Notes under the pieces: generated by a model
Databases searched by the model: none
What the model saw: the letters and a program-made list of their open reading frames with translations, nothing else
What the model was told of the DNA's origin: nothing
In this document: positions 60,408 through 64,000 of the stretch, in pieces
Layout: the number at the start of each line of letters is the position of its first letter
Numbering within the stretch: position 1 is the stretch's first letter
Position numbers and translations under genes: made by a program
Assembly: GCA_965261735.1 (NCBI GenBank)
Contig: OZ253470.1
Location: 2,144,001 to 2,208,000, forward strand
Length of the DNA stretch: 64,000 nt
From: Alphaproteobacteria bacterium
GTDB taxonomy: Bacteria > Pseudomonadota > Alphaproteobacteria > SHVV01
Direction: 5' to 3'

Positions 60408-61801
60408 GGTTGTGTCTCGAAAGTGGTGGAAATTGGTTTTGGCGCCTCTCCGAGCGGGTTGAGTTTTGCGGCGGTCAGGCTGCGCGGTCAAGGGTTTCGT
60501 CGGCGATTAGCTGATCGAGGGTTTCCCATCCATCGACTTTGCGCATCTGGATTTGGCCGGAAGCGAGGAGTGCCCAGAGGAGCATCGGCACTGTTTCGGG
60601 ACACGGCAGCACGGTCTGTGTTTTGATCCGGCGCTTGAACTCCTCGTTGAGACGCTCAATGGCGTTGGTCGTTCGGGCTGATTTCCATTGGCTCTTGGAC
60701 AGGCGCGTGAAGGTAAAGAGCTTGTCGCCCGCTTCTGCGAGGCTGTCCGCGACGGCCCTGCATTTCAGCCGCCACTTGCGGACAAACGCCTTGCGGCGGG
60801 TTTCCACCTCGGAGGCAGTGTCGGCATAGATCATATCGCGGTAATCTTCGCTCAGCTCGTCATGCATGTGTTTGGGAGCATGACCCAGAAGGTTGCGGTG
60901 CTTGTGCACGGTGCAGCGTTGAACGGGAAGGTCATCGCCCCAAAGCGCCGACAGAGCCGCCTCCAGTCCCGGCGCGCCATCGACGATGACAAACCCGGGC
61001 CGTTTCAGTCCACGCGCATCAAGGTCGTCGAGGAACTGGCGCCACGCCGCCTGGCTTTCTCCGCCCATATTCCCGATCGAAAGCAAGACCTTCTGGCCAT
61101 CCCGGCGCACCCCTATAGCCGCGAGAACCGAGATGTTGGTGGCCTTGCGGTCCAGTCGGGTCTTGATCACAGTGCCGTCAAGGATCAGCCGAACGATATC
61201 CTCATCCGCGAGGCCACGGCTGCACCAGGCGTCCCAATCGACCTTCACCTTGCGCCACGCCCGGCTCACAACGTCCTTGCTCACAGCACCCCGGAAGAGC
61301 CCGAACAGCGCGCGTTTCACCCGCCGCGTGTTGGTTCCGGACAGATACACCGAAGCGATCAGCGCCTCGGCCTTTCTGGTCAGCCGCTGGTAGCGCGGCA
61401 GCGCCCGCGAACGCCATTCCGACGCCCGACCGTCTTCCTCAACGATCCGCGCACGCGGCACGCTCACCCTCTCGGTCCCGAATGTCCCCGTCAGTTGCCG
61501 CTCCCGGTGCCCGTTCCGATACCCTTGCCGAAGCGCGTCCTCTCGACCGTATCGGCAGCGCCCGAGAAACTGCGCAAGTTCCTCCTCAAAAACGGCCTCG
61601 ATCGTGGATCTGATGTTCTCCCGCAGCCGGTCCTCGAGCGGATCATAGCCGGCGTCATTGGCCAGTAGCGAAAGCGCGGAAGTCTCGGTAGTGTTCTTCA
61701 TGGCGTGATCTCCTTGGCGGTGCTAGCCGCCGATTGGGTGGTTGTCTTGTCACCCGGAGATTACGCCATCCTCAAATTTCCACCACTTTCGAGACACAGC
61801 C
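60408..61801 (-). mobile_element. IS256 family element, intact (transposase 60475-61701)
   Basis: IRs GG(T/C)TGTGTCTCGAAAGTGGTGGAAATT; 8-bp TSD CGTCCGCG; LILDG, QRCTVHK, TTNAIERLNEEFKRR. Confidence 0.95.
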
Positions 61802-62057
61802 CGTCCGCGAATCGGATGGTCGAACGGGCACGGCCTACCAGTTCCCGGGTCGAGACGGCGGGCGCATCGAAGCAGGAATTGAGCCGGCGGCCGATGGATT
61901 TTCAATAGTTGTAGTAGTAGCCGTCACAGACAGGGCGGACGGCGCCGTCCCGCGCGACGATGTGTATCCGGCGTCACAGCCATCCACGAGCAACTCGTTA
62001 TCCTCCGCTCACCGATTTCGATCATTTGTGATCGGACAAAGGAGAGGGAGCCCCACG

Positions 62058-63129
62058 ATGGCATCTCAACCCGGGCGTGGCGCCCGAACGGAGAACAAGC
62101 TTCGCAACGGTCTGTTGGCGACGGCGGGTGCAGCGGCTCTTATGCTCGGTGCCCCCCAGGCCGCCAACGCAACCTCCTACGCGCTGTCCCAGCTGGACGT
62201 GCGCAACCTCATCGTCAGCGGCATCCCGGCCTTTGGCACCTTCTTTTCTTCTCGGCCTCGGTAAGCGCCACCCTCGAGGATACCACCGGCGGCTTCTCGG
62301 CGTCGGACGGTCCCGAAGGTCCACACAGCGCCGGGCCGGTGCTGGCACCGTTCTCCTTGGACCGCGGCATCTCGCCCGGCCTCGTGATGGATCCTGCGCT
62401 CGCTTCGGTGACCCTGGGCGGCGGCGGTCCCATTCCGGCGGAGAACTCGTTCACGCCCATCGGCTACACCGGTTTCCCGGGTCTGCCTAGCTACTCCTAC
62501 GCCGATCACATCCTGACCGACACCTTGATCAACGGTCTACCAGTTGGCCTCCCGACCTTCGGCGGCGACTGGGAAGGCATCGCCGAAACGGCGGTCGTCG
62601 GCGACGTCAAGGGCGCTGGCCTCAGCGGCAACCTGCAGAGCTGGAATTCTTCCTCTCGATCGCTGCGCCCACCATCTCGGTCATCGACTTCGACATCGAT
62701 GCCACGACCATCGCCGATCCCACGAGCGAGGGGCTCCTTGGCAGGACCGCCACCGGCGACGTCTCGCTCGCGTTCGACTTCATCGGCGACCCCTCTGGTC
62801 CCAGTTTTGCGGGTCCCGATGGTCAAGGCGCCACCTACATCCTGAAGTCGACGACGGCGATCGGCGGTTCGATAGTCAGCAAGACCGACGCTGTCGGAAT
62901 CGTGGCCTCGACGGGTGTTGGCGGTGCATTCAAAAGCCCAAGTGGACTCGGCCCGGCATACACCCACGTGACGATGTTCGTCGACCTGGCTCCCGGCGAC
63001 TACACGTTCGCGGTCACCTCGACGCAGAAGTCTGAAGCCTTGGCCGTTCCCGAGGCCATGACGCTGGGGCTGTTGGGTGCGGGCCTGATCGGGCTGGGGC
63101 TGCTGTCGCGGCGCCGCCGCAAGGCCTAA
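62058..63129 (+). pseudogene. PEP-CTERM-like surface protein with two frameshifts (~62245, ~62645)
   Basis: Signal peptide (AAALMLGAPQAANA), G/S/T-rich body, C-terminal VPEAMTLGLLGAGLIGLGLLSRRRRKA. Confidence 0.8.
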
Positions 63130-63175
63130 CCGCTCCGACGGACCACCCGACACTTCACCGTTGAATCCAAGAGAC

Positions 63176-63206
63176 CACCGGGAGAAATCCCGGTGAGTTT
63201 CTTTTT
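63176..63206 (+). terminator. Rho-independent terminator
   Basis: CACCGGGA-GAAA-TCCCGGTG stem-loop followed by a T-rich tract. Confidence 0.65.
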
Positions 63207-63286
63207 GCGCTGTGCGCTGACTTCGAGGGCTGATCAGCGGGCGGTATGAGCCCACGATCCTCTCCGTCTTAAACCATTGAAAGACT

Positions 63287-63363
63287 TGGCGCGCCCGGCG
63301 GGACTCGAACCCACGACCCCCTGATTAGGAATCAGGTGCTCTATCCGGCTGAGCTACGGGCGC
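63287..63363 (-). tRNA. tRNA-Arg (CCT)
   Basis: GCGCCCG acceptor stem, anticodon arm CCTGA-TTCCTAA-TCAGG, GGTTCGAGTCC T-loop, encoded CCA. Confidence 0.96.
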
Positions 63364-63415
63364 GCGGCTTCGTTGTAGGCGCGCGCGCAGGGTCCGTCAA
63401 ACGTGGCGCCAAGGC

Positions 63416-64000
63416 CTACGCGACTTCCTGCGCCGACGGCTCCCAGTGGAACGCCGGGCCGTGCCGCATCATCTCTTCCAGGGTCAGCCTGGGGCAGAGG
63501 TGGCGTTCGATGTAGTCGATCAGGCCCGTGGCCACGCCGCGGACCATCTTCTCGACCTCCGGGTTGGCGCAGCGCCCGTCTTCGCCGAAGACGCTCCGCA
63601 CCCCGGAAACCGATACCCCGCCCGGCAGAACGATGGCGCCGACGTGGGAGAGGACACCCCTCAGGTGCTCGAGCGCCTTGATCGCGCCGATCTGGCCTGC
63701 GGCAACGCCGAGGAGCGCCACCGGCTTGGTCGCCAGCACCGAGGGGAAGCCGAGGTTCTCGATGATGAACTTGGTCACGCTGCTATAAGTGCCGTGGTAC
63801 TCGGGCGTCGCGAAAATGATTCCGGTGGCGGCGGAAACCGTTTCGCGCAGCGCCTTCATCTCCGCCGAATCCGCGTCGGTGCCGGGGAGCGGAAGGGCCA
63901 TCCCGGCCGGGTCGATCACGTGAGCGTCGAAATGGGCGTTGCGATCGATCTCGTCGATCACCAGCGCGAGCGCCTTCGAGGTGAAGTTGCCGGGACGCCC
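63416..64000 (-). CDS. NADPH-dependent FMN reductase family (5' end outside window)
   Basis: RPGNFTSK, ATPEYHGTYS, KPVALLG. Confidence 0.85.
   Translation of the reverse strand, partial: GRPGNFTSKALALVIDEIDRNAHFDAHVIDPAGMALPLPGTDADSAEMKALRETVSAATGIIFATPEYHGTYSSVTKFIIENLGFPSVLATKPVALLGVAAGQIGAIKALEHLRGVLSHVGAIVLPGGVSVSGVRSVFGEDGRCANPEVEKMVRGVATGLIDYIERHLCPRLTLEEMMRHGPAFHWEPSAQEVA

Larger units (their letters stand above)
58825..61818 (-). pseudogene. vWA-domain sortase target protein (marine proteobacterial type), split by IS1595 and IS256 and deleted at both ends
   Basis: Removing both ISs and one TSD copy each restores IRFADETSALF..GGTEMAPAL..RQVVFLTDGAVGNE..LFTIGIGTAPNSYFM..GRGTFTYIG..KLEHPVLTDI in frame. 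Confidence 0.85.

Overview
GC-rich, apparently alphaproteobacterial DNA with three parts. (1) 1-13.8 kb and (3) 55.5-63.2 kb are IS-dense zones of gene decay. They hold four copies or fragments of one ISSod11-type IS1595 element, a second IS1595 element, two apparently identical IS3 copies and two IS256 elements. They also hold a truncated PrimPol-VapE replicon next to a tRNA-3'-end att-like site and a serine-recombinase relic, plus broken sortase, sortase-target and PEP-CTERM genes beside tRNA-Arg(CCT). (2) 14-55 kb is a mostly intact catabolic region: amidohydrolases, ALDH7, Rieske oxygenases, RidA proteins, recQ, DUF1800/DUF1501. The most striking feature is at 42.3-54.3 kb: six paralogous amidinotransferase/DDAH/ADI-superfamily (pentein) genes, five in tandem and one divergent, plus a 9-codon relic of a probable seventh. 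They share a near-invariant N-terminal arm and non-canonical substrate-binding motifs, and cluster with a NitT/TauT-type binding protein and permease, a DddP-like M24 enzyme and an MsmAB-like Rieske oxygenase. Also noted: a suhB/MmgR-like sRNA candidate and four co-oriented 23-bp palindromic motifs bracketing genes at 18.6-23.6 kb. Family assignments come from motif recognition by eye; no database searches were run.
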